Below are positions 12,555-24,844 of a DNA stretch of 64,000 nt, piece after piece. Below the pieces are notes generated by a model. That model was not told where the DNA came from. It was given only the letters and a program-made list of their open reading frames with translations, and searched no databases. A program made the position numbers and the translations under genes. The stretch comes from Lama guanicoe (Eukaryota): NCBI GenBank assembly GCA_013239625.1, contig MU054323.1, positions 1,054,001-1,118,000 of the forward strand, given 5' to 3'. Positions within the stretch are counted from its first letter, which is position 1; every line of letters starts with the position of its first letter.

Positions 12555-12870
12555 TGATATTGATGATTATCAATTCCATATCTTTAGCCCAGACATATTA
12601 TCTAGGTTTTAAACTTACAAATCTAATTGCTTCTCAATATCTTTGCTTGCATGTTTCCCCAGGCAATTCAAACTCGATATACATAAACTTCAACTCTTTC
12701 TCTCCTGTATCCCCCAGTACTGCACTTGCTCTTTCTTGCCTATGTTAGGGGTTGTGAACACCTTCCACCCAGTCATCGAATTCATCTTCTGCTCTTCTCT
12801 CTCCCTATACTTTTCAACAGTCAATCAATTATAAAATACTATGTGTTTCATCTGAAAGACATTTACTGAA
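12555..12870 (+). mobile_element. L2 RT-region fragment
   Basis: gatgattatcaattccatatctttagcccagac...aattgcttctcaatatc...ttcaaactc resembles the L2 segment DDSQIYISSPD...NCLLDIS...LKLN. Confidence 0.7.
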
Positions 12871-13519
12871 TTTACATTAATGTGACTCATCCAAAGAAGT
12901 GTAGAAAAGTATGTTTGCCCAAGTATATAAAAAAGCATTTTTATGATAGAGAGTTAGGAAAATGCTAAATTATAATGAGGAAAGACATAAACTATGGCAT
13001 ATTCACACAATGGAGTATCACAAAGCCATTAAAGTAAACTTATGAAAAACATTCAATGGCACAAGAAAATATCTCTGATAAAAACTGCATTGGAAAAATC
13101 AGGGAAGGAAATAGCCTACAAATTATAATCTCAACAGTATTTATTATAGTAATTTACACACACACTAAAAGATCAGTAAGTTTTCACAATTTGTTTTTGT
13201 TTCTTTCTGTATAATACTTTTATATTTTACTCTTTTCTACTTGTTTTGATGTTTACTACATGCCATGCACCACTTTTCAAAGTGATTTCCTTACAGTGTG
13301 TTACTATATTCTTAATTATCGTACATTAATGTATAATAAGAAAAAAAGTTTAGAGATCATGAGCATAAGAGTGGATCATATGTATCTTCTAATCATCTTT
13401 ACTACCCTCCACCTGGAGAATGTTTATTTGTTTATATCTTTGCTTTAGCCCAAAACAATGATCTTTGGTTTTATCCAGGTTCAATGTCAAATTTTTAGAT
13501 TTGCCTCAATATTTTGACC

Positions 13520-13820
13520 ATTAATCATTTTGTAATTTTGATTTTTCCATCAATCTTATCAAAATTTTGCCAGCATTCCTGGTGTCTTTAATCAAATTGT
13601 TGCTATGCTGTGTGTGTAAGATAGAGATGCTATAGTCCTCTCTCCAGTTTGACCTCAAGGGAGAAATTAAGGTACTCGCTTTGAATGTAACCATTACTAA
13701 GTTAGACATCAATGCATTTGTACCATATCTGAGGGTAAATTTCTCCATTTGTTCTCTAGGAGATGACAACATCCTTATCAGATGCTTTACTAGAATTTTT
13801 TAATTCGTCCAACTAGACAC
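13520..13820 (-). mobile_element. Ancient CR1/L3-like LINE RT fragment
   Basis: ctctctccagtttgac...tttctccatttgttctctaggagatgacaacatccttatcagatgctttactagaa resembles antisense L3 RT (SKAFDKVSHDILVDKMEK); the ORF track gives ..EQMEKFTL... Confidence 0.55.
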
Positions 13821-13849
13821 ACTATTTGAAAAGAAGTTACATTTTTCAT

Positions 13850-14430
13850 TTATTATTTCGTTCATTTAAAATTTTGTTTTTAGCACCTCCCATGTCCAGA
13901 CACTCTTCTGGGTTATAAAGAACAAAGACATAATTTGTCCCTGCTCTCATATTGCTTAGAGGGGAGAGACAGTAATCAAATAATCACATAAATGCATGTA
14001 AAACTCCACCTGCCACAAGTGCTACAAAGGAGAGATACGTGGCACCCAAAAAGCATAAAATAAGAAATTGGCCTAATAAAAAGCTCAGGGCGGGGATGAC
14101 TGAGGATGTGCCAAAGTAATGATTCCCCGAGAGGTCCAGGCTATGCAGGAGCGAACCAGGAAGAGGCAGGGGAGGAGAGGAGAGTCTCAGAGGAAACAGA
14201 ATGTGCAAGACTCTGTGATGGAGGAAGTGATAAGAAGACTGGCCGGAGGGAGGGTGTGAGGGAAGCAAGGTACCACATCAAGGGGAGAGGTGGGCAGGGC
14301 CTCACCCACGTAGGAAAAGTCAGTCACATACTCCTTATTAAAGAGCTTTGTCTTCATTCTTTGAACCATTGCATGCCATTATAAAGTGTTCCATGAAGGG
14401 GTGATTGGACAAATTTACATTAAAAAGTCA
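13850..14430 (-). mobile_element. L2 LINE 3' region
   Basis: ttcattt...agcacctcccatgtccagacact...gtccctgctctcat...ggggagagacagtaatcaaataatcacataaat...tgtgcaagactctgtg. Confidence 0.8.
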
Positions 14431-14849
14431 CTCTATACTTTAGAGACCTCACTGAAGACCCCACTACTGTCTACAGATCTTCAAGAATCTACCCCAGGAA
14501 TTCAGTCGTCCCATGAAGCAGGCCTCAGATGTCTTTCATCAAGGCCAGATGGTCTGAGCTGCTTTAAAACAGCTGAGAGGTCTCTTACAACTTGTCTGCC
14601 TGTGTGAGGCCCTCTCCCTGCCTCACAGAGCTGTCTTCTCCTTGGGCTTTGAAGATCACTTTCAAACTAAGAACTATGCTGGGTGACGGTGGATCCTCTG
14701 TACCCAGCGGCACTGGCATGGTCATTCTCCTGGCTCACCTCCACGGCCAGTGGGTCAGGGGACACCCTCATTTCACCAAGCCCAACTCTGTAAGCCAGCT
14801 GGACCGTTCATAGCGCTGACAGCAATAACTGAGACTGTAACAGAACATT

Positions 14850-16440
14850 ACAGTTTGATCCTCAGAGCCAACTTAGGGAATAGATATCACTGTTAACTCT
14901 TTCTACAGGTGAATCAAATAAGGATCGGAAAACTGTGCTCAGTGTTACAAGCTGAGGACAGAACGTAATAGTGATTCATACCTGAGTCTTCTGGCTCCAA
15001 ACCGCATGCTTTCTTCATGAACCCTTGTTCCAAGACTAAGCAGAAGGGTCTGTTAAAAACAAACAAACAAACAAACAAACAAACAAACAAACAAAAACTA
15101 TTTACTTGGCCAAGAGTTCCTGGACTTATAACTCCCCTGTGAGGCTCAGTTACCTCGTCTGTAAACTTGGGGTAATAACAGCTAATACTTACTGAGCCTG
15201 ACTTTCCCAGGCGCTGTGCTAAGTGCCTCCCATGTAATAACCCACTACTTCCCACAACCCTGCGCTGATACGTGTTATCATCATGTCCACGTGTCAGACG
15301 GAAAAACTGAAGCACAGAGGGGGAGAGTGACACTGTCACCAGAGTCAGTGCTCACCCGCTCCCCACCCCCATCCATCTCCCATGATGTCTGACTGGGAGA
15401 ATCAAATACATGTTGGCCATTTACATTTTACTTTTATTAGAAATTTCTATTTTGTGTGTGTGTGTGGAAATCCAACTCTTTCTGTTATTTACAAAACACT
15501 TCTGAGGATTATCCATTAAAGGCCATTGCACTTCAGTAATTCTATTTTTGACTTAGATGAATATTCAGTGACCATCTTGCAAGGCCATGGTGTGGGGGAA
15601 ACACAGCACCAGGACTGAGGATACCTGGGCCCTTGTCCTTGTTCTGCCACCAAGTCACTGCACAACCTTAAACGGGTCACAACATCAGGGTGTGCAGATC
15701 TCTGCTGTGTAATAAATTTATGGGTCTATTGATCATGTCTTTATTTTCATTCAGCAGCGGTGAACTAGATGCTTTACATTCAGTGATGAAGTTACAAAAT
15801 ACAATTGAGATGACCTGACCCAATCCATTATTTTATTGATTCAGAAACTGGGACTGAGGATCAGAAAATGACTTGTTCAAAATCATCAAATCAGGGTCAG
15901 AGTCAGGACAAGAATCTTTGTCTCCTGCCTCCTAGCTAAACATTCCCTCCTATACACCACACAGGCTTGTTTTGTCTACAAAAATCCAGACACTGTCAAG
16001 ACTTCAAGGGGCTTCCAGATACTCTCAGTAAGGTTTAAAGACTTACCATCATCAATATTTAAACCACACATTATTCGCTAACAGGCAGTTTTCAATGATT
16101 CCAGAATCCCTATGACCAGTGTCACTTGTACTTCATTCAGTGGCATATCTGAATGCCCAGACTTTGTGCAGAGAAGCTTTTGTAATCTGGCACATGTTGG
16201 CAGGAAAGTTGAGAGCATGGACTTTGTAGATGTAGAGGTGTTGAAACTGGGCTCTACCACTCACTATGTGGTTATGTGCCTTTGGACCAGTATTTAATCT
16301 TTCTTTGTCTCAGTTTGGTTATTTGAAAAATCAAAATAAAAGGTTGTGTATACCATAAATTGGTTACTGTTTAGAGTGAAATGCATCCAAATCTCATGAC
16401 ACTGTGAGGCACCAACTATGCACAGAATGAATGAAATTAT
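14850..16440. mobile_element. Cluster of MIR fragments in both orientations
   Basis: MIR cores at about 14850-15020 (-), 15125-15210 (+), 15185-15345 (-), 15590-15720 (+), 15810-15950 (-) and 16200-16440 (+). Confidence 0.65.
15056..15098. repeat. (CAAA)n tetranucleotide repeat
   Basis: About 9 perfect AAAC units. Confidence 0.95.
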
Positions 16441-16802
16441 TATGATTTGGGAAAGAAATTCACTTTTTCTTCCAGTAACCCCCAGTTTCTTGCAGGGTGC
16501 TCTGTTGGAAGAAACAGGAATGAATCACACAGTGGCTATGAATGATTACGCCAAACACCCTGCCCCTGCTTTAATTTCTTTGTTTAGATGCACAGCAACA
16601 TGGGCAACCATGGCTCTCTAGCAGGACTGGATGAAAAAATCTCGCTCAGCTTTGAATATCTAAAATATCACAGGACACAGCAGAGTACTGAAAAGCAAAA
16701 TGGGCTCTTTCCTTTTGAGTAGAAATGCTGCCAGACCTCCCAGAGATCAGTTACTCTTTCTGGCAGCCCAGATTTCCCTGGTCATAGGCCTACATTTAGG
16801 CC

Positions 16803-16961
16803 CTTTGCCAATCAAAGTGTGTTCCAGGGACCGACAGCCCCTGTACCACCAGCTTGTTAGAAACACAGAATCCTAGCCCACTTGTAGATTTCCTGAAACC
16901 AAGCTGTCTTTAACAAGAGCCCTGCATGATTTATATGCACATAGAAGTTTGAGCAGTTCTG
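16803..16961. mobile_element. MER5A-type hAT-Charlie MITE
   Basis: tcaaagtgtgttccagggacc...gcttgttagaaacacagaatc...tttaacaagagccctgcatgatttatatgcacatagaagtttgagcagttctg. Confidence 0.8.
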
Positions 16962-16969
16962 CTTTAGAG

Positions 16970-17104
16970 CAAATTTTCCCAAACTTTGACATGTATCACA
17001 ATCAACTTGGGCAGCTAAACAGAAGCAGGATAGAGCCTGAGCCTCTGTGTTTTTACCAAGTTCCTCAGATAATTCTGTTAGAGACCAAAGTTGGAAAAAC
17101 TCTG
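16970..17104. mobile_element. Second MER5-family MITE with 8-bp TSD
   Basis: caaattttcccaaactttg...aaagttggaaaaactctg flanked by CTTTAGAG (16962-16969) and CTTTAGAA (17105-17112). Confidence 0.7.
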
Positions 17105-19329
17105 CTTTAGAAGGCACAGATGAGCAGGAACCATTGAGTCTAGCTGATTAAGGAGATTGGAACAATGGTTACATTTTGCTGCTGAATACCACACAGAAAA
17201 GATCAAGAGATGATTAGAGGGAACAGTACAAGGATGGGCACTAAATTACAACCAGCAGTTGTGGGTGCTAGTCCTGACTCTGCCACACATTCACTGCAAG
17301 TCCTCGGCAATTTCTCTCCATCAGTGGGCTCTAGTCTTCTCAAATGCATGATGAAGGAAGTGGGCTCGCTACTCTGCATTGAATCCAATAGCTTTTGGTA
17401 AGGAGGTTCAAGCAAAATTGCATTGGATTCATTCTTGCTGCTGAATTCCCAGTGGTAAATGTATTTGGCTAGTCCGTGAGAAACAATACAGAATAATTCA
17501 GCCATTTTCCTGAAGTTGATGTTTCTAGTAATAGAGATTTTCATGATCCATCCAATGTCACACTGCAGGTTGCTGCCAGAGCAGAAGTCCTATTTCACTG
17601 CTCTTTCATCTACCAGGTGACTTGCCCAGGGATGTCAAAGTGATAAACTAGATCCTATGGAAACCACAGTAGATGAGGGACAGCTTGCACAAAGCAGATA
17701 GATGAATAAATAAATTTACCCCAGTTTCTTTGGCTTTTAACTTTTTCTTTTCTCAGTTTTGTTCTGTCCCTTTGACCTCTATGGTCTCAACATAAACCCA
17801 GCTGCAATCTAGGCTCAGATATAGAAGTTTTCTAGAAGCAACAATGATGACTGGTTGATATCATATCACAGCTCCAGTGATCATGCAAAAACTTGCTTCC
17901 TGAGTCTTATCCAGTCTGATTCCTGGAAGCTGTTGGAAAGATGTGCTTTCCCTGATGGATAAAGAACAGAGAGAGCTCTCATCTCATCAGCTGGTAGGAG
18001 TTATGAGCTTTTAGGAGTCATACTTTTTTTATGTTGTCAATTTGATTTCTCCCTCAAAAATAGCTAATCAGCAGGTAAAAGGGAACACTAAGCTATGTCC
18101 TCCTATCAAAGAAGAACACAGAGGAAACACAGAAACCTTAGTTTAAAGAAAACACAGCACTGCAGAACTAAGTCAGTTTCAAAGTTCTGGAGCTGCATTT
18201 ATGTTGGATAAAAATAACGCAATAGCCACTACTGCCCCCAGCTTAAACAGCAAGTCAAAAGTATAGAACAGAGAGTTTACAGTAACTGTGAAAACAGTCC
18301 TTGGAGGATTGTCAGTCACATATACCACTAATTCAGAGGGTTTAGAGTAGTCTGAGTCCTATCTCCATTTTAAGGGAGAGAGCATGAGTCTTCAAGCACA
18401 CTCTCTTCTTCACCAGACACTTAAGTCTACCCATTGTTTCATGTTGTTGGGTAAGACTTTCTAAAATTGCCTATGGCAACTGAACAATATAACCTGTTAA
18501 TTTAAAAACCACAATATTTAGGGAAAGGATTGTCCTTTGGATCTTTTATAAAAATGGAGTTAGCTCAGCCAATGAACATGGTTTTGTTGTTGTTGGAGAT
18601 TTAATTTATTTGAAGAATCTAGCACATGTCAAACAGATTCATATTTTTCAATGTACGAATAACCGAGTTTAAAAATCAGGGCTAATCTACAAATGAAAGC
18701 ACTTGTTTACGTGTTTAGCCTTTTTGGAATTCCTGGGAGTACTTGAAAGCAGTAAGACTTCGCTACATGTTGTGCCCAGGGTTTTTACTAATTCAAAATA
18801 TCCTCTCTTCAGTTAGTCCAAATTTAAGAAGTTCCCCCATGTTAATACATCTTCTATATGTATTCATATAAAATCTTAGACTGGAAAGATTTGGCAAACG
18901 TCTTAATTTGTTTTCTCAGTTTCTGTTCTGGGACCAGAAGACCAGAGAGGCTAAATAATCAGTTCAAGGTCTCACACTGAGTTTCTTGGTAGAACCACTG
19001 ACAATCCTCAGGGCCTTTGATTTGCATATAATCACTTTAGAAGGGCCCATTTTGAAGAGCTCATGAGATGTTAAAATCTCCTCTTCGATCCGAGGATCTG
19101 AAGCCTGTCTGAGAAAACAGGAGGATCCAGAAAGCTAAATACATGCATAGGGTTTGAACCCTGCTCCAAGTAGCACCTTTATAATGATTACAGAGTTTTC
19201 TTCGGTCAAGAACAGCTGGTTGGGTTAGCATTACTTTAAAAATAAATCTTCTCTCCTCCTCCTATCTCTGCTCATTCCCGAAAAACCTCTCAAATGAGAG
19301 GAAACCTTTGTGCCTTCGTCCAAGCTGTA

Positions 19330-19660
19330 GCCCTTGCTTCTCCCTGTTAAGTTCATCTTTATCCTGCCAGGCTTATCTCAAAGGCGATCTCTTCTCTGAG
19401 GCGTCTTCTGCCCACCTTTCTAGCCCCAGGTGGTTACAACTCTTCTGTCTGCTGGCTCTGAATTTTATATGTATCTCTGTCACAGCACACTGCACTTTAT
19501 TTCGTATCTGTAACTGTCTCACTGCAAACTGTGAGATTCTACAGAGCAGGTGCCAAGTCTTATCTATCTTTCATTCTCCATGCCTACAACAGAACAGGCA
19601 ACATAATAATATGTGCTCCACAAAAATTGCTTGCATTCCTTTCAGCATCCATTCATCCCT
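19330..19660 (+). mobile_element. L2 3' end
   Basis: cttctctgaggcgtcttct...actgtgagattctacagagcaggtgccaagtcttatctatctttcattctccatgcctacaacagaacaggca. Confidence 0.7.
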
Positions 19661-20788
19661 GAAATATGAAACCAGCCCAGTTACTGTTATGAGATCTCAC
19701 TGACAAGTTCCTTTGGAGCCTTTGAAATTGTGAAGGTGAGAGGGGGAACAGGATAATCTAGCTCACACTCAAAAGATCTCTTCCTTTAAAGTGAAGAGAA
19801 GAGATACGCAGCCTCTTAGATGCTGCTTTGCAGCCAGGAGAGAAACTGACTTGTAACCAAAATACGTGGGTGGGAAAAAATAAAGGTATTTTTCAGCAAC
19901 TGTGAGTTTGGAGTCTCAATTTAGTTCTTGTTATACTGCTGTCCCTGCTCTAATCCCATTGCTCATCATTCAACAAATATTTACTGTATACTCATTTTTT
20001 ACAAGACAATGTGAGAATGACAAAAAGACAGGGATTAAAAAGTTCCCAACCATTTTTCCTTGCCATGGATTTGCTGCTGCAGACCAAACGCTTAAAATAC
20101 ATTATTTCATTTGTTAGATATGATTTCCCTGTGTTTATAGAAGATAGTACTGGGACTTAGAGGACTAAATTAATTTGTCAAATATTGCATAATTTTTGAT
20201 TGCTGGGGTTGGGGGTATGAACCGCCTGAGCTCAAACTCTGTGCTTGTTTCACTGCAACTTGATATTAAAGAGAAAGACACAGGCCTTTTTGTGAAGGAG
20301 AGGGTCGTCTAAGAGTGGGCATCCTACGAATAGCCACCAGGTACACGCCTGCCTTGCATGGTTTGCCCTCAGTTACAGGACTGCGTGGACCTTAGTTTGT
20401 GACACTAGAAGTCTTGGAAGGCTGCCAGGTAATATTACTGAGAAAGAGGCTGGCCAAGCCCTCATTCTGTAATTAGCAGACAGGACATTAATTATCACAG
20501 CTCTAGGGAGGAATCAGCTCTTTCTATACATCTGAGACTTGGTCCTAAGCAGCAGGAGGGAAGTGAAAACACAACCTCACAGGCTCAAACTGGTCTCTGT
20601 TCCAAGTCCCTCTGCAAGGCCCTGACTTCTTGGCTTCTGCATATTTGTTCTGTTCCCAACCACAACCACTGCATGGCCTTGTCACTGCTGTGAAGACCAA
20701 CGTAATTGCTCTCAGGGAGACGAACTGGCTTGCCAAAGTGATCATGAAAAATACAAAGGGTGGTGGAGAGGAATATTGTTAGCCTGTA

Positions 20789-21190
20789 TGTTAACTATGT
20801 ATTGTGTACCCCCAAATTTATAGGTTAAAGCCCTACCCTCCAATATGATGGTATTTGGAGATGAGGTCTCTGCAAGGTAATTGAGGTTAAACGAGGTCAT
20901 GAGAGTGGGGCCTCTAAGGCGGGATTAGTGCCTTTGTGAGAAAAGACACCAGGGAGGAGTTGCCACTCACTCTTTCTTTCTTTCTCCTTCTCTCTCTCTC
21001 TCCACAAAGAAAAGTTCATCTGAGTACACAGTGAGATGGTAGCCACACACAAGGCAAGAGAAGAGGTCCCAGAATAAAGTCTGCCTGTGGTGCCCTGATC
21101 TTGGACTTCCTGGCCTCCAGAGCTGTGAGAAATAAACGTTTGTTGTTTAAACCCCTTGGTCAATGGTTATGATAAACCTGAGCTAAGACA
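20789..21190 (+). mobile_element. MLT1A-type MaLR solo LTR
   Basis: cccccaaatttataggttaaagccctacc...tggtatttggagatg...gatcttggacttcctggcctccagagctgtgagaaataaacgtttgttgtttaa...gctaagaca. Confidence 0.9.
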
Positions 21191-22771
21191 TCTGAAAAGC
21201 CTTAGTGGGGCAAGATTATATATGGGTTGATTGTTAAGCCAAAAAACCCAAACTTTTATAAGGAAGACAGAAAAAATGAGATTTTTAATGAGGATAGTGA
21301 CAAAATAAGATCTGGGATTTCATGGAACCCAGAAGAAATGACCGTATCTGATTTTCCCTGCTTCTACATATTTCAGCCTATATGGAGCATCTCCCCTGTG
21401 CATGGCACAGTGTTGGGAGTTTGGAGACTGAGAGTTGGATGAAACCTTCAAGGTGGCAATCATAGAAAAGCAGATAAAATGGGAGAGAAGAACCTAGAGG
21501 CTGGGCTGAGTGTATAAGTGGCTCCCTAATGTTTTATTTTGAAGCTCCACTCTTCACAGTCCTTTGTTTAACTTATTTTTAGCCACATCGTCCACATGAG
21601 AGTCTCCTAGGCTCATAAGGAAAATGTTACCACTTCCACCCAGCTTGGGCATGCTGAAAGGACCAGGGAGTGCTCAGTCCTTGACATTCTTCATAAAAGG
21701 AGTTGCTCCACATAAGCAGCAAACTACTTGCAAATAGTAAAAGGTGAGACCTGGACTTGGTGGTTAGAGTCCTGAACATTGAGGTACAAGGACTCAGACT
21801 GGGGATGCTGGAAATGGACATTCAACTCTGAAAGGGGTGGGGCAGCCTCTGAGAATATCCTCACTCCCTCTTTGCCACAGCACAGAGACGCTAAAGTTTG
21901 CAATTCCTTGAAACAGTGAAGACAATAGCTTCAAAGACTCCTTTCCTGAGTAGAAAGAGCTCTAGTGATAACCATCTCAGACTTACTTATTTCATGCCAA
22001 TGTTGAATTTATAATCTCCAGATCTCAACACAATTCAAAGAGGGCAGTAAAGAGAAAATGATTTTTTTTATGACCAGAAAAATTGGCAGGATGTACTACA
22101 GTCTAAACAGCTGACAAAAGACACTAAATGATGATGGTTAGAAAGGAAAATGGATTCCACCAAAATAGTGAGTCTCCAGCTTCCTCTTTCATAGAGAGGA
22201 TGGAACATGTAGCCTTGGCTAGAAAATTTTTTCATGAATCTCAGGATCCACCAAATCTCTACTCACTCACTGAGGCTTCAGTCTCTTTTTCAGACAAGAT
22301 CATAGCTTTTTTTTACTTTATGAGAGCCTGAGTTAGATGGAAAGGCTAAGAAAGCAAGAAAATACTGGCTAACATCACTGCTGAGAAGAAGAGATAGAAA
22401 TGTGTTCTGTTTATTTGATTTTGGATAATAACAGCCAATCAAACTCTTTCTGACATGCCTCCTGAAACCTGAAATTCTTTTATTAAGGAACAGAGTTTTA
22501 GTGAGAAATTAAGCTTAAATGTAAATTTCAAGGAAGAGACCTATATGAGAATATCACAGAGAAATAAAAATGGCTGACTAGCAGTTATGTTCTGAGTGCA
22601 GGTTAGAGAGGTATATAATAGACAGTACTGATGGTGATGAAATTTGGAGTTTAGTAGCAACAGACATAGAATGTCCTTACACTAAATATTATATAAAATA
22701 AGTAGATTAAAAATGGAAGAAAAAGTAAACAGAAATGAAATGAGAAAGGATATAGAAAACTTTGCTAGTAA

Positions 22772-23080
22772 GTCAACACAGAAATTAATGACACTAAGTT
22801 AAAAAAAAGATTCAGAAGAGTCAACTCTGGATGTGAAAGGTATTCAGAATAAATTTTTGCCAAATTATCTTCAGTTTCTTTTCATTTATGCACAAATTTC
22901 ATATATGATAAAAATTCTCCCTATATCGCTAAAAAGTTACTTAAATAACTGTAAAATAAAAACTATGTATGGTAATAAAGCTTAACACAATTTGACCTTT
23001 TTTTCTTTTCTTAGTAGTACATGAAATAATGGAGCTTCTTACTATCAATGGCATCTAAGATTTGTAAAAACTCCACAGTA
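22772..23080 (+). mobile_element. Kanga1-like TcMar-Tc2 DNA transposon 3' end
   Basis: gattcagaagagtcaactctggatgtgaa...atatatgataaaaat...tcttagtagtacatgaaataatggagcttcttactatcaatggcatctaagatt...cagta. Confidence 0.7.
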
Positions 23081-23089
23081 TATCCTTTG

Positions 23090-24445
23090 ACAGTAATGCA
23101 GAGATTACATAAAACTGTAAACTGACTTCTCTTTAAATCTTAAAGAACAAATAATTTCAATGTTATTCTATTCCAGGCCACAGAAAAAAAAAATGATGAA
23201 AAACTTCCCAATTCATTTTGTGATGATAGTATAACTTTATAATCAAAACCTAACAAGATAGTACAAAGAACAACAACTGTCATTCAGTTTAACTTACTTA
23301 ATATAGGTGTGACAACTCTAAAAAATATTATCAAGTGAAATCTGACAGCATAATAAAGCATAACATATCAACTATGAGGATTTATTCCTGTAACTCGATT
23401 AGAGTCTATCAGAAAAATCTATAAACATAATACCTTACATGAAAAGAATAACCATAAAATTATATCAATAGATACTGAAAAGTTACTTGAAATAATCTAG
23501 CAAACTTTTCTAATAAAAATATTAAGAAAGTTAGCTCACAGGCCAACAATCTGCAGATATTAGCAATGAATATTGGCACAAATAGTGAAATAATAAAGCC
23601 ACTTCCATTAAAATCAGAAATAAGATGTGAATCTCCTGTATCACCACTCATAGTCCATAGTTTTTGCTGTTTCTAGCTAATAGAGTCTGGGAGGAAAACT
23701 AAACTAAATAATCAGTATAAAATAAAATGAAAGGCAAAATATATTTTCAGATGCTATGGTTATACAACTAGAACAAAACAAAAAATTATAGTCAAAATAA
23801 AAGAACAAAACATCTTATTACAATGTTAATAGAATTACATAAGAACAATGTTATGTATGATAAAATTGCATCTATTCATTTGTCATTCAGTAAATATTTT
23901 TGAAGTTATTTTATGCCAGGCATTATTTTGGGTGATAGACATAAAGAGATGAGTAGGAGTTTCCATGGAGATTATATTCTGATGGAAGAGAAATCGATAT
24001 AAACATTTTTTAATTAATACAATTTCAGATAGTGAACACTGTGTTGAAAATAAAGCAGGGGTGTAAAATGGGCATATATGTATAGAAACAGACCAGATAG
24101 GAAGTGGTCCCTTAAGTAGAGTGATCACGGAAGGCTCCGAAAGAAGATGCCATTTAGGTTAAGACATGAACATCAAAATTCAGTAGTTTTCATTTTTAAG
24201 AATAACCAAATAGAAATTAAAAAAGAAAAAGTCTCTTTATATTAGCAGAAAATTTGTAAAATCCACCTAGGTCAAATTTTAACAAAATGTACAGGACTTA
24301 TAAGAAGAAAATTATAATTCATATAAAAGGACATAAAATAAGATTGAAACAAATGAAGCAGCATATGCTATTACTGGATGGGAATATTTAAAACCATAAT
24401 AATATCAATACTTCTAATATTAATCTATACAATTAATGCACACAT
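23090..24445 (+). mobile_element. Old L1 ORF2 remnant interrupted by an antisense L2 piece (~23875-24180)
   Basis: aaaacttcccaattcattttgtgatgatagtataac...aaaacctaacaaga; tatatcaatagatactgaaaa (ISIDAEK); attaaaatcagaaataagatg; tattactggatgggaa (CSWIG). Confidence 0.75.
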
Positions 24446-24844
24446 TGATGAGTATTGCCAAAGTAAAAGGATGTGTGAAAGAAAAGACATCTGCTACTTG
24501 GTTGGGAAGCTAAGAACACTAGAGAGGAAGAATAAGATAAGGATTTGATTTTAGACATATTTAGTTTGAAATTCCTATGGGATATCTTGGTATAGGTGCA
24601 CAGGAGGAAGTGAGTTTCCAAGTCTGCAGCACCAGAGAGAAGTCTGAACTGAGAATCTCTGTTACAGACTCCCTTCCACCTAGCACTGAGCCTGACAAAA
24701 ATTAGACCCCTCTAGTAAATGTCTACACACGAACTGAGTGCCTCACTTAAATGCGATCCAGCCTTGTTAAATTTTCCTCTGAGGAATGGAAAATAGCAAA
24801 CAAATAGGCAATTTGTTCTAAATACAAAAAAAAACTCTATTAAT

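Noticed and set aside
14914..15339. Longest ORF (141 aa)
   Set aside because: It runs through MIR fragments and the (CAAA)n repeat (CLFVCLFV), so it is a repeat artefact.
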